Assembly (NCBI RefSeq): GCF_040938485.1
Contig: NW_027271466.1
Span: 2,728,001 to 2,792,000 of the forward strand
Direction: 5' to 3'
Source: Diadema antillarum
Lineage: Eukaryota
Length of the DNA: 64,000 bases
In this document: piece after piece, positions 25,418 through 37,933 of the stretch
How the letters are laid out: each line of letters begins with the position of its first letter
Position numbering within the stretch: position 1 is the stretch's first letter
Made by a program: the position numbers and the translations under genes
Notes under the pieces: model-generated
Database searches by the model: none
Seen by the model: the letters and a program-made list of their open reading frames with translations, nothing else
Told to the model about the DNA's origin: nothing

Positions 25418-26390
25418 GGCTGCGTTTATCAACTCCTTTTCTCGGCAGAAACAGGTTATCCAAACAGCTTTCCAGGAATTTTTACGAGTTGACAAACGCA
25501 AAGCTGTTTTGAAAGCCCTTTAGGAAAGCCTTTTACGAAAGGGTGCGTTTATCAACTCTCCTTTCTCGGCAGAAACAGGTTATCCAAACAGCTTTCCAGG
25601 AATTTTCAAGAGTTGATAAACGCAAAGCAGTTTTGAAAGCCCTTTAGGAAAGCCTTTTCGAAAGCCCAAAATTTGTGACGATCCAAACAGGTTTCCTAAA
25701 CAGGTTATCAGAAACCTGTTTGTAAAAGCCTTTCGAAGTTGATAAACGCAAAGCTGTTTTGAAAGCCCTTTAGGTCGCCCTACTGCGGTTACGCAACCAT
25801 GCGTTTCCGGTTTCTGAAAAGACGCGCGCCACGTAAAGTGCACACGAGTACGTGTACACAGGTGTATACAGCTGTGTGTAATGCACGCACATGCTTGGAA
25901 CAAGGAGGTGTTTCTTTCACCAACAAGGTTTGAGAAATAGAGTAACAAAGCAGTCTCATTCCCTTTGATCCCATGTCTCATGCCGCCACTCAGAAATATT
26001 TGAAGTATGTGCTAAACTGGAGCTGCCTCACAGATAGGCCAGACAATTGATTCATGTGGCATTGTATCATGACTCGTCACTCTCAAAGGAAGATAATTAT
26101 GTCTTTATGATGGTAATTGCTTTTCGCCGTCCCTTCTTAGAAAACAAGCGGCACATTAATAGTACAGGCAGTCAGGGCTTTAGGGCTCTCGAAAAGGCTA
26201 TGGAAAAGGGCTTTCGAAAGGGCTATCGAAAGGGCTATCGAAAGCCGTTTAAACAGGGGAAAGTTGATAAACGCAGCCGACAAAAACAAGCGGCACATTA
26301 ATAGTACAGGGGAGTGGACAGGGCTTTCGAAAGGGCTATCGAAAGGGCTTTCGAAAGTAGTTTAAACAGGGGAAGTTGATAAACACAGCC
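25418..26390. mobile_element. Non-autonomous TIR element (possibly PIF/Harbinger-like) with tandemly duplicated termini
   Basis: TIRs GGCTGCGTTTATCAACT / AGTTGATAAACACAGCC; left end duplicated (~125 bp), right end duplicated (~112 bp); internal AGGGCTWTCGAA repeats; no TSD found. Confidence 0.7.
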
Positions 26391-26474
26391 ATAGATAAAC
26401 AGAATAACACAAGTTACAAAGGTCTGCAAAGACAAATAGTGTGTTGGCTCTGTTGATGTTTTTTGAAGGGAGTC

Positions 26475-29400
26475 TCAGGTTGAATTCTGATTGGCCAGTT
26501 TTCTGCGCTTTGATCTTGGCCTTCCTGCACTGTTCTCTCCCTGGACCATCTCTCTAGGGATGTACCTGTCAACTGCTGACTCTGTTTTCTCGAGAATGGC
26601 AAGGACGCTGGTCAAGATCTTCTCGTCCTCCACCAGGGCGACTTTGCCGTGGAGGCGCTCGAGGACAGCATGGCACTTCTTTGGAAGACTGTCCTGTAGA
26701 GGCTCAGCCGCCCCGTTGTCATTTCCATCCCTCCCGATGAGGAGGGATGGCTTCAATGGCGTCGTCTGCTCAATTTCTCGAGCTGCAATGTCCAGATGTG
26801 CTTCTGCATGCTGAAGATCACCGTTGGGATCTTCGCTCCCAGTCCGGGCAATAATTGGCTGCTTGCCCACGATCTTGTGGACGAAGTCGTAGTCTATGCT
26901 AAAGTACGGTGACTCCGTGTATGACGTCGGCAGGTCTGACCAGGACCAGGAGTCCACGTGGACAAGGATGGCCAGGATGTGCTTGCAGGGCAGGGCCGTC
27001 CGGTCCCAGGTCTTGCAGCTGCAGTCCGGCCGCATCAGGTTGACGGTCAGGGGGTCCGGCGTGGCGGACCTTGATGTCGGCTGCACGTGGAAGATGCCGC
27101 AGCTGGCGTCGAGGAGCTTGACGTGTTCTACCCTGACGCTCCTGGTGGCCTTCCACTGCTGCAGGCAAGCCTGGAGGAAGGGGCGGGGCCGCTTGTGCAA
27201 GAAGGTGGGGACGGTGCTGCTGTACTTCCGGCAGCCATCGTCCGCTTTGGAGTTGGACTGGAAGTATCTGCAAAGAAGGTTTCATGATCTCATTATTCTT
27301 GTCACAGTTCTCCTCAACTCTTGTGGATATGACTACTAGGGGATGTGATAGCCTTATAGTGTATGAGTACACAGTAAACTGTACAGCTTTAACCAGGATA
27401 GTAAAATGTAATGCACAGCACGTTCTTCATAAGTCATATCAATAATTTTTTATTCTTCTTCTTCTTCTTCAGTATGTCATTCTTCAAGGAAACCCTGGTG
27501 AGGTAAAAATGTGTGTCAAACCTAAATGTATGTATCAAAGAGACCTGGGCTCTGTTTTACGAAGAGTTATGATTTATCATACAGTCGATTTCTATCATAA
27601 GTCTATGGCAGCTCGTGTGGTAAGGAAATTCATAATCGCTTATATCTTGATAAAACGGGGTCCTGTACGACTAGATGAATCGATCAATTACCTACTATTT
27701 CAACTACACGCTTTGTTTGTATGAAGGCTACAATGTCTTACAGATTGTTTGTAAGTATTTCATATCAAAATCATATTAATAATCCTGATGCTGGAGACAA
27801 ACAAGTGAGTTAAATCAAAGAAACAAAGAAAAGAAACAAACATACACAAAAATAGCAGGCAAATCACATACAACAAACAAAAATTCCATAAAAAATTGGT
27901 TATTGGTCTTACGCGGATTTGTTCTTGGGTAGGAATCTGTGGAGGATGTGGGAGATAAGCTGGGTTAGTTTTGGTTGCTTGTCGGATGAGAGGCAGGTGG
28001 TGCGGAAGAGTTTGTTCTGGAGGCCGACGCCCGCACTGGTGTTGACTGCCTTGATGAAGCTTTGCTTCCTAAAGGCACGTACCCATCGCTACAACAAAAT
28101 GCATCAAATCTATTAGAAACTAATTTATCATATTTGTCAAGTGAACACTGTTGCATATACCAAAACACAATGACATGATTTAGTGGTTATTTTCAACAAA
28201 GAATACTATTTGAAATACATCCTGTAGATGGTTTATTGTTCAAGTATTGCAAGAAGTCTGTGAGCCCATTCTCTCAGCCTTACAATGTTTGTAGCTTGTC
28301 AAGCTATTTTATTTTACTGCCATTCTACTCAATTGTCTGAAACTTAAAAATACTTGGCTGCAAAGCAAGTTGTATAAGCCCTCTCAGACGTGCCAATACA
28401 ACAGTCTCATTTAAAGGTGACTGCAATAAATAAAATGCAAAACAAAACTGAAATACGCATAAATTGGGTTCAGAATCATTTTGCTTGAAATGACTGCTAG
28501 CTTCAGAATAGATCAGAGAAAGGAAAGAAAGAAGAAAATGATGAAGAAGCAGGTGAAGAAAAAGAATGACAAGAAAATGATGACAAAGAATAGGAAGTAG
28601 AAGATATACAAAGAAGATGAAGAATACATAAAAACACACTTGTAGAAGAAAAAGAGGGAGGAGAAAAGGAAAAAAAAAAGAAGGGAAGAAGATAAAGTAC
28701 CAGAGCAAGGAAGAAAGAAAGAAAAAAAGAAAGAAAGAAAGAGAGAAAGAAAAAAAAGAAAGAATGAAAGAAAGAAAACATATAAGAAAGAGGAACAGAG
28801 GAAATCACGTTGGCATCCCGGGTAAGATTAACCCATTGAGGACGGGCTGATTTTGCTAGAACATACATTTCCCATAGACACCTGCCCGAGTATACTCGGG
28901 ACTCATCCTAAATGGGTTAAAGGTCCCACTCACTTGGTGGGTAGGGAGCCAGAGACGCCCCAGCCACTCTCTCAGCCCTGCATTCTCACTCCATGCGGGG
29001 CTAGCTTGGAGGTGGATCACAGCCGCATAGTACTCCCCCTCTGTGCCGGAGCCCGCCACCCGCTCCAGGAGGGGAAGCACGCTCTGGCGGAGGCTCCGAT
29101 GACCGTTAGACTCGGAGCCCAGCCAATGGTCCCAGGCATACTGCCGGTGGTAGTCGCAGAAGTAGACAGAGTAACCTTGGCATCAATAAGAAATGATGGT
29201 ACCAGTGGAATTCAAGAAACAATCATCATAGTTGATTAGAAAGATCAAGACAACCATTCACTCTATAGATTCTCTAAGCCATGATATCTCAAAAACCACT
29301 GTAACACTTCTTTGGCTTGGTACTGTATTTACTCTTTATTATGATTTTTATTCATCATTATTATTTTCTTTTTTACTTTTTTCAAGGTACATTTGTAGAG

Positions 29401-32400
29401 TGAAGAAAAATGATATTTCACCTTTTGTTATTGTAATATAAAATTGCTTGCTTTGGTGGAAGAAAATTGGCAACACATTTTAGAAGATTAAAATTTCTGT
29501 TTCTCTTTAAATTGGCAACTTTGTGTAATCTTTTTACTGATTTTGTGCTGATTTAGTGAATCTAACCAGTTTTTATTACCTCTTCTTCCTCTATACCTCT
29601 TTCAGTCCAAACAGCAGCATGTTTATAGAACGTATGTAATGCTAACAGCATTTTAAGATAGTGATCGTGTGAGGGTCAATGACACTCCATAACAAACCTG
29701 GGAAGCTCTGCTGGACTGCGTTCACATCGTCAATGGCGGCATCAGTCACAAAGTTGGCCGGCAGCCATGAGGGATTCCACTCCTTGAGGACAGACAGGGC
29801 TTCAACAATCTGGCCCTGCTGCGCCTCCTCGACAACGAACGTAGCCACCACCTGGTAGTCGCAGTTGGTCTTCACCAGAATGAGGTAGACGGGTAAACTG
29901 CACCTGGGATAGACAATGAATGACCACATCTTTTGTACAGGCTCTGGACAATGGTTTGAGGTGTGAGGGATACCAACAAATTCTCAATTAATTCGCATGA
30001 GGCATTAGAGATGAATAAGTCGTAGTCCTGATTAGCAAATATTTCCATCTTAGTCCCGTATCACCTTTTACTGTAAAAGTGGATATTTTCGTGTGTGTAA
30101 TTTTTCACGCTCAGCTGGGTAAGATCGGTTTCGTTTTTAATTCTGCGGAGTCAAGACATGTGCTACTGCAGCATAAAACAAGCATAAATATTTGAATGCT
30201 CTTATTTTCATGCTAGTTTCTGATTGCGTGAAGTGTGGGAAAAATTTCAACACCGCGAAAATTCCACTTTTACAGTAAGCAACAACAATGTTTGATATAA
30301 TCTCATAACATATGACACATATATGTTGTGTCCATAACTTTAATGCATATATACACGTATTATGTGGTAGCTCCTAATTTTTCAAGGATTATCTGTATCA
30401 AACTTGAATGACAAACACTAGTTCCCACAACACTACAGTGTTTCATTTGATCTATCGATCATTCCCAAGGCATTATTAAAGGTCAAGTTCAGAGGCACAC
30501 CACTAAATAAAAATATAAAAAAACTCTAGTCTCACCATCACACCAAATAGGTCATTGCAGCTGACAAGATATGCTGTGATGCTTAACCCTAACACATTAA
30601 GTAAAGACAATACTACACTGCATACTTACACATGCTTCTCCAAAACTGTGGGATTACTTGGCTCTACAGATATAAAATTCAAATTACCACAATAAACAGT
30701 TTCTACAAATGAAATTTAGAAGCCAAAGTTTTCAAAAAGATGTTCATAGTTTTGGGATATCCTGAGCAACATGGAGGTCTTGCAGTGCTGTAAGATATAT
30801 TTGTGAAGTTTTTCACTTTGGAAATTTGTGTGTAATAATTTTTAGTTTATTATGAATACTGGCATTCTCCATGCAGCTGAAACGAAGCATTCTTATTTGG
30901 GGGCTTTTCATGTAAACAAAGACAAATTATTCTTACCCTGTGGTCCTATACACAGGATCAAGCACACATAACTCATTGCCATATCTTGCCAGCAGGTATT
31001 GCTGCCACGCAGTCTGATGGACCAGAAGCATGTTGTCCCCAGTTGGTGTCACCATCGGCACTGGTTGCTGCACCTGCAAATGTTGTTGCTGCTGCTGCTG
31101 GGGCTCCAGTGGCCTTGGAGGTTGTGACTGGACCTGAACAACTGCCTGCGTTGGATCTGGCAGAGGGAGTGGTTGCTGTGGAAGACTTTGCTGCGATGGA
31201 AGCTGAAGAGTTTCTGAGTGTTGCCCCAGTTGTTGCTGAGTCTGTTGCTGAGATGCTGCTGGTGGTGGTGGTGGTGGGGGTTGTAGTGGTTGCAGTGGTG
31301 GTGCTGGTAGTTGCTGTGATGATGCATTGATGAGATGCTGGTGAAAGACCTGCATCTGCTGCAGGTGCTCGAGAGGAAGTTGCTGCAACATTTGCTGATG
31401 TTGCTGGTGGTGATTGGATTGCGGCAGTTGCTGGGACTGTGCTAGATGCTTGGCTTCTAGCTGCTGGGCATGTTGCTGGCTTCCATCCTGGGACAGCATG
31501 TGTTGTTGGTGTTGCACAAGTTGTTGGGTTGCCTGGTATTGCTGAAGTACTTGTTGCTGCAAGGAATGCTCCTGTTGTTGAGTATGTGGCACAGGTTGTA
31601 ACTGCTGTTCACTATTGAACTGCTTCTGATTCCCTAAATTTCCCTCAGACCTGTGGGTCTGCAAAAACAGATTTTGCAGAACTTGTGTAGTAGTGAGGAG
31701 ACAAATATCTCTGCAACAGCGCTTTTTCATTGACTGCAATATATTCAACCTTTTTTAGACGCATCCAACAATTTTGTTCTTGACGCAAGAGCAAGCCTAC
31801 TGTACATCTCAGCTGCACAAAGGATTTTGACAATGTGGGTGTAAAAAAAAAAGAAAAAAGAGAGAAATCAACACTCCCATGGGGCCATATCAGAGGAGCA
31901 CCCACATGAAAGTATGCTGGGGGATAGAACACTTTCCCACTTGCAATCCATCACAACTTGTTGTTGTTGTTGTTTTCATACACACAAGACCCACTGATAA
32001 AGTGATCTGCATTGTATCACTAACCTCTACATCATCACATCTTAAATTAGTCATTTGGGCACCACAACAGCTATGCCACGCTCTTGATCAAATTATAGCT
32101 TGGTTTAGAAATGAAATATTCTCTAGTTAATCAAATTCTGTCTCTAGAAACCTTTCCAGAGAATTCTATTTTTTTTTTCATTATCATTCTTTTTTTTTCA
32201 TTGTGACATTAAATCATATGTCATAGCATTTTTACTTCAAGCTAATATTTCAGCATCCATTGCGACTATAAAAATCTTGTATTATGCTTCAAACAGGGGT
32301 ATGCCTTTTCCCTTGATTTCTTGAACTAACACTTTTGACTACGCAATGCTGCCATTTACACAATACAGGGACTTCAATAAACCAAAATATTCTACCTTTT

Positions 32401-35400
32401 TACCACCTTTGCGATAGAAGAAGAGTTGTGCAGGATCGTCCTTCTGCCACTCTGATATCTTGACCTCCAGATTTGACTGATTTGTCTTGCTGAGTTTCTT
32501 CTTGGCCTCTGCAGAATACATGTGATATCTGGGATGATATTGGTGGCAAGTGGTAGTGATGGTAGTGATGAGGGTGGTGGTGGTGGCAGGCATGGTCATG
32601 GTAGAATTGGTAGTGGTGGTGACAGAGGTGGTTGCAGTGCAATTGGTGATGGTTGTGATGTGGTAGTGGTAGTGATGTTGGTGGTGATGATGATGGTGGT
32701 GGTGTTGGTGCAATTGGTAGTGGTAGTGATGTTGGTGGTAATGTTGGTGGTGGTGTTGGTAATGTTGGTGATGGTGCAGTTGGTGATGGTGTTGATGGCA
32801 GGCATGGTGATAATAGTGATGGCAGTGTTGATGGTGTTGGTAGTGGTAGGGATGGTAGAGTAGGGATGGCAGTGTTGACAGTTGTGGTAGTGATGGTGAG
32901 GTTGTTGTGGTGATGGTGTGTGTGGTGATGGTGGTAGTAGGGATGGCAGTGGTGATGGCAGTAGTGATGGTGGTTGGTGTGAGGATGGAGATTATGGTGG
33001 TGATAGTCGTTGGAGGAGGAACAGAATCCAAGGAAGAATGTCTCAATATGCAAGATCTTGGCTTCATGTACATGTATCTACAACAACAAATGTGATACAT
33101 AGTCTTTCTGTTCCTAACCCCACAACATTTTGGGCTCAAACACTGGTACAATGGAATGAAAAAAAAAAAATCTATATATCGATCCAGGTCATTAACATCA
33201 CGCTGTAACAACATCACCCTTTTCATCATTTGTTTTAATATGAAACAGATAGGAAAGCACTGATGCTAATGGTACCATGCCACAAATGCACAGAGGGAGG
33301 TGAATCCTATCATCAATAGGCGCAACTGCAATCATCACTTTTATCAGAGCAAGGTTATCACCACCTCTGTATGTGTTGGCACTCACATTATAGTGGAAAT
33401 CGCACAAGGAAATTCAGAGTTATATCAATCCTCTCCAATTAAGAAAATAAATTAAATGAAAGAAATGAACAAAATTTCCTTACCTGATGTCGCTGTCTTC
33501 CGGGAAATACCGCCTGTTGCTAAGGTCTGGGCCGGGCTTGCCCCAGAAGAGGGCACCCGAGACGAACCTCTCTATGTGTAGCCTCATCTCACCCACACTT
33601 GTCACCCCGGCACCTACCATACGCTGGATGTACTCAATGATGCGGTGGTCAACGCGCTGACGAGCCCCGCAGATCTATGGTGGGAATGTGACTGTTTGAG
33701 TTATTCAGATCATGGTCTTGGTCAGAATATATAAAGGATCACTGTTGGCTGGCTGTAACCGAAGTATTGCCACAGTTGTTAAAATTCAGATAATTTGAAA
33801 ATTGGTCGCAAATGCTTTCTAATACAGAAAATAGACTTTAATTTTGTTTTAAAAAAACAGAAAAAAAACCCACATCATTACAGGGTATATAACGTTAGGC
33901 AGTTAAGACACAATAGAACTGGTTTTCCCACTGCAATCGCAATGTGTATGAAACACACATTTCCAGACAGAGTCGCTTCATCATTTCTATTTTCTTTTTG
34001 TATCTTCTTTCTGTGTTTCTCTCTATTTTACTTCTTTGTTCTGCAGTAAACTCAAAACAGTCAAATCGCTTTCATCTCTTTTAGCGGAGGACGAATGAAT
34101 AGAAAAATTAAAGAAAATCTTTTAGTCAGTGTACAGTCCTCGGGAAAAAAATCAAACTATCAGTTGTACTCAAGGCACTGAAGTGCTAGGAAGTATAAGC
34201 CAATATCTTTCACCTTTCCCACGGGATGTCCTTCATGCTCGCATTCCTCAGGGAGGTAGATATAGATTCTTCTCTCTCCGTTTGTCTTGCCAGCTTCTAT
34301 TGCACTCCATGCTCTCTGCGCTGCCTGGCGGCGATCATAGTTTGAATTCTTTGTGATCTACACAACAGTGAAATTAAGAGAAGAATATATAAAAAATAAA
34401 TACATAAATAAAATAAAACAATATCCAGAAATGATTTCATGACAATGCCACTTAGTATGAGGAAGTGTCAAAAGATGCAAGGCAATAAATCCAAACTGAA
34501 TTGCTTGCTAAACGCTGTGAGAATGCTTTTTAGTTCAGCAATTTAAAGGTGCATGGTCCCGGTGTTTTAGTCAAATGCGTACACGGGCGCACGGCGCAAG
34601 TTTCCTATAGAGACCTACGCTATCGACTCCTATTTGGTGCTTACGCTTTGGCCCACTTTCCCCGAGTCCGAAGAAGTCCGATTCACTGTAGTCCGTGGTC
34701 CGATCACACTTCGGCTCATGATTCGGCTGAGGGGGATGACAGCTTCAGCAAACTTCTTTTGTGATGTCATAATAAGAAGCACATATGCACGCACCCTAAC
34801 ATTACTACAGACTGCGCGATGCGCAGAGGAAGACAACAAAGGCAACGTTACTTAGCAACACCTACGCACTTTACTCTTGATGACAGCTCAACTTCGGTAA
34901 TCTTCGTATCTATGCTAACGGTGATCGGCAGCATCATCAACAGCGCCCTCTACACTACCGGGACTATGCCCCTTTAAGGTAGAATCAAACTTCATACTTT
35001 TCAGCTATCTAAAGTGAACAGAGTCCACAGAAGAGATTGAATGAATCAATGCCTGGGCTCTTTCAATATTTCACACTGTAAAAATAGTAATACACCTGTA
35101 CAGGAGCGGATCTAGAAATTCTGTAAAGGGGCGCAACTAATATTTCTGGTGCCACTTCCGGGTTTCATTTCATTTTTTTTCTTTTTTTTTTAATGAAAAA
35201 TAAAGGGGGGGGGCGTGCGCCGGTTGCACCCCCCTCTGGATCTGCCACTGCCTGTATGTGAGCTGGGCATTTATGTAAAGACTTTCAGCCATGCATAGAG
35301 TAATCAAATCACGCTCTCTTCTTCCAATGGAATGAATATAATGCAATGAATATCACGAAAGTGACTAGGCCCCATCAACGACGTGGAGAAATTCTATTTT

Positions 35401-37840
35401 GAGGACGCGGGTGTACAAACCTTGAATTCTGGAAACTTCATCACTTCTTTCATGACCAGTTTGGCCTGGCAGTCTTTCTTCTTTGTGTCCTGGATAAGAT
35501 TCCTGGCGCTGTTGGAGTTACCAGTCTCTCTTTTCTGAGAAATTAGACATACATGTAGTGTTCAACAAAGGAGCAAGTAATATGTCAGGACTTCATGAAA
35601 ATGACCACAAATGTGTACTATCTGTACCGATGTGTTGGCTCAGTGAGTAGAGCGGCTGCCCTCACAATCGGGAGGTCGTGGGTTCAAACCCCGGCCGCGT
35701 CATACCAAAAGACGTTAAAAGATGGGAGTTGCTGCTACCTTGTTTGCCGTTCAACAGTTGAAAAGGTTAGAGCAACGTCGATCTGGCGCTGCTCAGTGGC
35801 TGCCGGGCCCACGATCAATTGGGCAAAATGAATTTCCATTCTTGGACAATAAAATTTGGAGTTTATATCCAAAACAATTATTATCATTATTATTGTTATC
35901 TACAATTATGATTGGCTTCTTGTTAACTATACGGTCAGTAATATAATCAGCCCCTCACAAAAGGCAAATATCTTCCATCCACTCTGCTGTGCAAACTTAC
36001 TTTTATATGACAGCAAGAACAAGTGTTGGAAATGAAGTAGAATTTCCCCTTTTCCATTAAGAGATCACAAAACTTTGCATGCATATATATGTTTATTTTT
36101 TCAAGGAACGAATGAAGTTCACCAATATTATGATTTATTCCACTTTGCATGCTTTATTGTGTAAAACAGCCTTTGAACTACGCTCACCTATAAGAAGCAG
36201 CAGCAGTCGTGTTCAGACAACTCGCATGTGCCTACATACATGTAGATCGCACAGTCTACACAGCAGAGTGAATGGAAGATAGATCTGTCTGTTGTGAGGG
36301 GCCAACCGTATATTACCGACCATACATTCAACAAGAGGCCAGATAATCATCAATCTAGAATGCTCCAAGGGAATACAAAAAGAGAGAGAGAGCGTGATGT
36401 TGTAAATGTGGTTTTGATTCCAATGACTGCAGCAATGATGCCTTGGAAAGTGCTTTTTCACCACCACATAACATAACATAACAGAACATGCTGTATGAAC
36501 AAATAACAATTACTATTCTTGTTGTCCAGTTTCCTATTAATAAAGCAAGTATAGAGTTCAAACACATTATTATTACCTAACTCACAGTGATTCAGTATCA
36601 TCTATCACTATGCCATTGAGACCTACCCGTTTCTCTGCTCTTGCTGCTTTGGCCCGCACCTTGGTCTTGAACTTGTGATCCTTGCCGTACTCGCACTCGT
36701 AGATGTTTTTGTTAAGGTGCATGAAAGGGATACCGTCATATTCTATCTTTCCACCGTGGCTCCTTTGAGCCTCCTCCCATAGAATCCTGTGCTTGCATTT
36801 ATCCACAGCTGTAAAGTATGGCACAAGAGCATAAGAGATATAGATCATAGAGATTAAGGGCACTCCCTGTATGCTTTGTTTCCCCACCCCCTCCCCATAG
36901 TTCTTCTTTAATATCTCTCATGTATGTCTTGCTTAATGAAGACATACTTCAGAGGTATATGCAGAATTATCCTGTTAAAGGTGTTAAATTCAACTCTCAA
37001 CCCCCCCACACACACACATACACACACAAACACCCCGGGTAATTTAAAAATGACCAAGCTAATTAAAAAAAAATCAGAATTAGACCTTGGCATTGCTTCC
37101 CTTCTACCCTACACTTTTACACTTCAGACCTCTACAGCTTTTGAACTGGAAAAGCTCTAGCAAGCTCTACAACTTTATTGGTCAGATTGAAATTATAACA
37201 CTGGAGTAACTTTTATGTGAAGGTGTAGATTTAGAGTTGAGCTGGAGTCGGTTTTTGCTATCTCTCTTCATTATTATTATTGCCATTATTGTTTGCTACA
37301 TTGCTACATTGGAATTGGATTTCGAAGATAATGCCTGAAAAAAAAAAAGTGTCAAAAGCATGCACACACCCACCCACACACACGTGCACACACATATCAC
37401 AACTTAAATTACATATTTTTTTCGCCTATTTTGAGACACTTAAGACGTTCCAAAATCTGAAACTAAACTGTGTAACTGTTACAACTTACTAGTACAAGGA
37501 GCGCCCCGGGGACGGGGTGAGTGCGGTCCCAGCCAGCGCGGCGACGGAGCTTTACCGCATACCGTCCCCACAAGTCTGGGGGTGAAAACTTTGAATAGTC
37601 CGCTCGATGGCTACGCCTACTGTACTTACAAATAATTATTGTCGCTGTCCACTTACCTGTCCTTCCAAAATGGGCAGAGGTCTTCAGTGACACGAATCTG
37701 AGTGTTTTCTCAAGCTCATGACTTTCTTTCACCATCTCTGCCCGAGCTTTGGTGTAAACATAGCCGAAATTGTGAGAAATTGCCACATCGAATTTTACTG
37801 TGTTCCCAACAACACTCACTTCTGTGGAAGAACCAGCCAT
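26475..37840 (-). CDS. CaRF/ALS2CR8-like DNA-binding domain + Q/P-rich insert + MULE transposase-like domain + SWIM Zn finger, ~1028 aa, probably a domesticated transposase
   Basis: Exons 37657-37840, 36627-36808, 35421-35534, 34214-34357, 33484-33674, 32396-32528, 30937-31658, 29698-29903, 28934-29175, 27913-28088, 26475-27267 = 3087 nt, all GT-AG, in phase, no stops. Motifs: YDGIPFMHLNKNIYECEYG, KKKDCQAKLVMKEVMKFPEF, LPEECEHEGH, RRYFPEDSDIRYHM (CaRF-like); LLVHQTAWQQYLLARYGNELCVLD, KTNCDYQVVATF, FVTD, CDYH (MULE core); CSCKTWDRTALPCKH (SWIM). The exon 6/7 junction has alternative donor choices. Confidence 0.88.
28500..28790. repeat. Purine-rich (GAA/AAAG) low-complexity tract, intronic
   Basis: Read directly; lies in the intron between exons 28934 and 28088. 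Confidence 0.85.
30071..30275. mobile_element. MITE with TA flanks
   Basis: TA|CTGTAAAAGTGGA...TCCACTTTTACAG|TA. Confidence 0.75.
32540..33010. repeat. Degenerate (GGT/GAT/AGT)n trinucleotide microsatellite, intronic
   Basis: Lies between the exon ending at 33484 and the exon starting at 32528; it explains the His/Thr/Val-rich ORFs in the track. Confidence 0.85.
34547..34973. mobile_element. Kolobok-like MITE in an intron of the transposase-derived gene
   Basis: TTAA flanks (34543-34546, 34974-34977); TIRs AGGTGCATGGTCCCGGT / ACCGGGACTATGCCCCT; CpG-rich interior. Confidence 0.75.
35101..35250. mobile_element. 150-bp CAG-ended MITE with 6-bp direct repeat
   Basis: CCTGTA|CAGGAGCGGATCTAGA...TCTGGATCTGCCACTG|CCTGTA. 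Confidence 0.8.
35627..35900 (+). mobile_element. tRNA-derived SINE
   Basis: A-box TGGCTCAGTGAG, B-box GGTTCAAACCC, unrelated body and a (TTA)n-like tail. Not a complete cloverleaf tRNA. Confidence 0.8.
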
Positions 37841-37933
37841 GTTTACACACAACCAACCGGGAACCTTTCTCGAAAGTGTGACAGCGCCATCTCTCGTTGA
37901 AAGAGTGCTTTCGGTGTCTTTCTTGCAATCAAA
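37841..37933. promoter_or_regulatory. 93-bp head-to-head spacer (bidirectional promoter / 5' UTRs)
   Basis: ATG at 37840 (-, AAACATGG context) and ATG at 37934 (+, AAAATGG context); CpG-enriched surroundings 37500-38200; CAGCGCCATCT motif. Confidence 0.7.

Noticed and set aside
25418-26390. Possible terminal inverted repeat of the MULE-derived gene
   Set aside because: It has its own self-contained TIR pair, and there is no matching copy near 37840-38700.
28325-28868. Phe/Leu/Ser-rich hydrophobic ORFs resembling membrane proteins
   Set aside because: Translation of the intronic GAA/AAAG tract.
32339-33229. 296-aa Thr/His-rich ORF in frame with exon 6 of the transposase-derived gene; a phase-compatible acceptor exists at 33078-33079
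   Set aside because: ACC/CAC/CAT repeats contain no stop codons, so an open frame is expected by chance. The conserved alignment (SDIR-YHM) runs straight from 33484 to 32528. Treated as intron unless RNA-seq shows use of the upstream acceptor.
35627-35705. Possible tRNA gene
   Set aside because: A and B boxes are present but there is no closing acceptor stem or terminator, and it runs into a SINE body with a simple-repeat tail.
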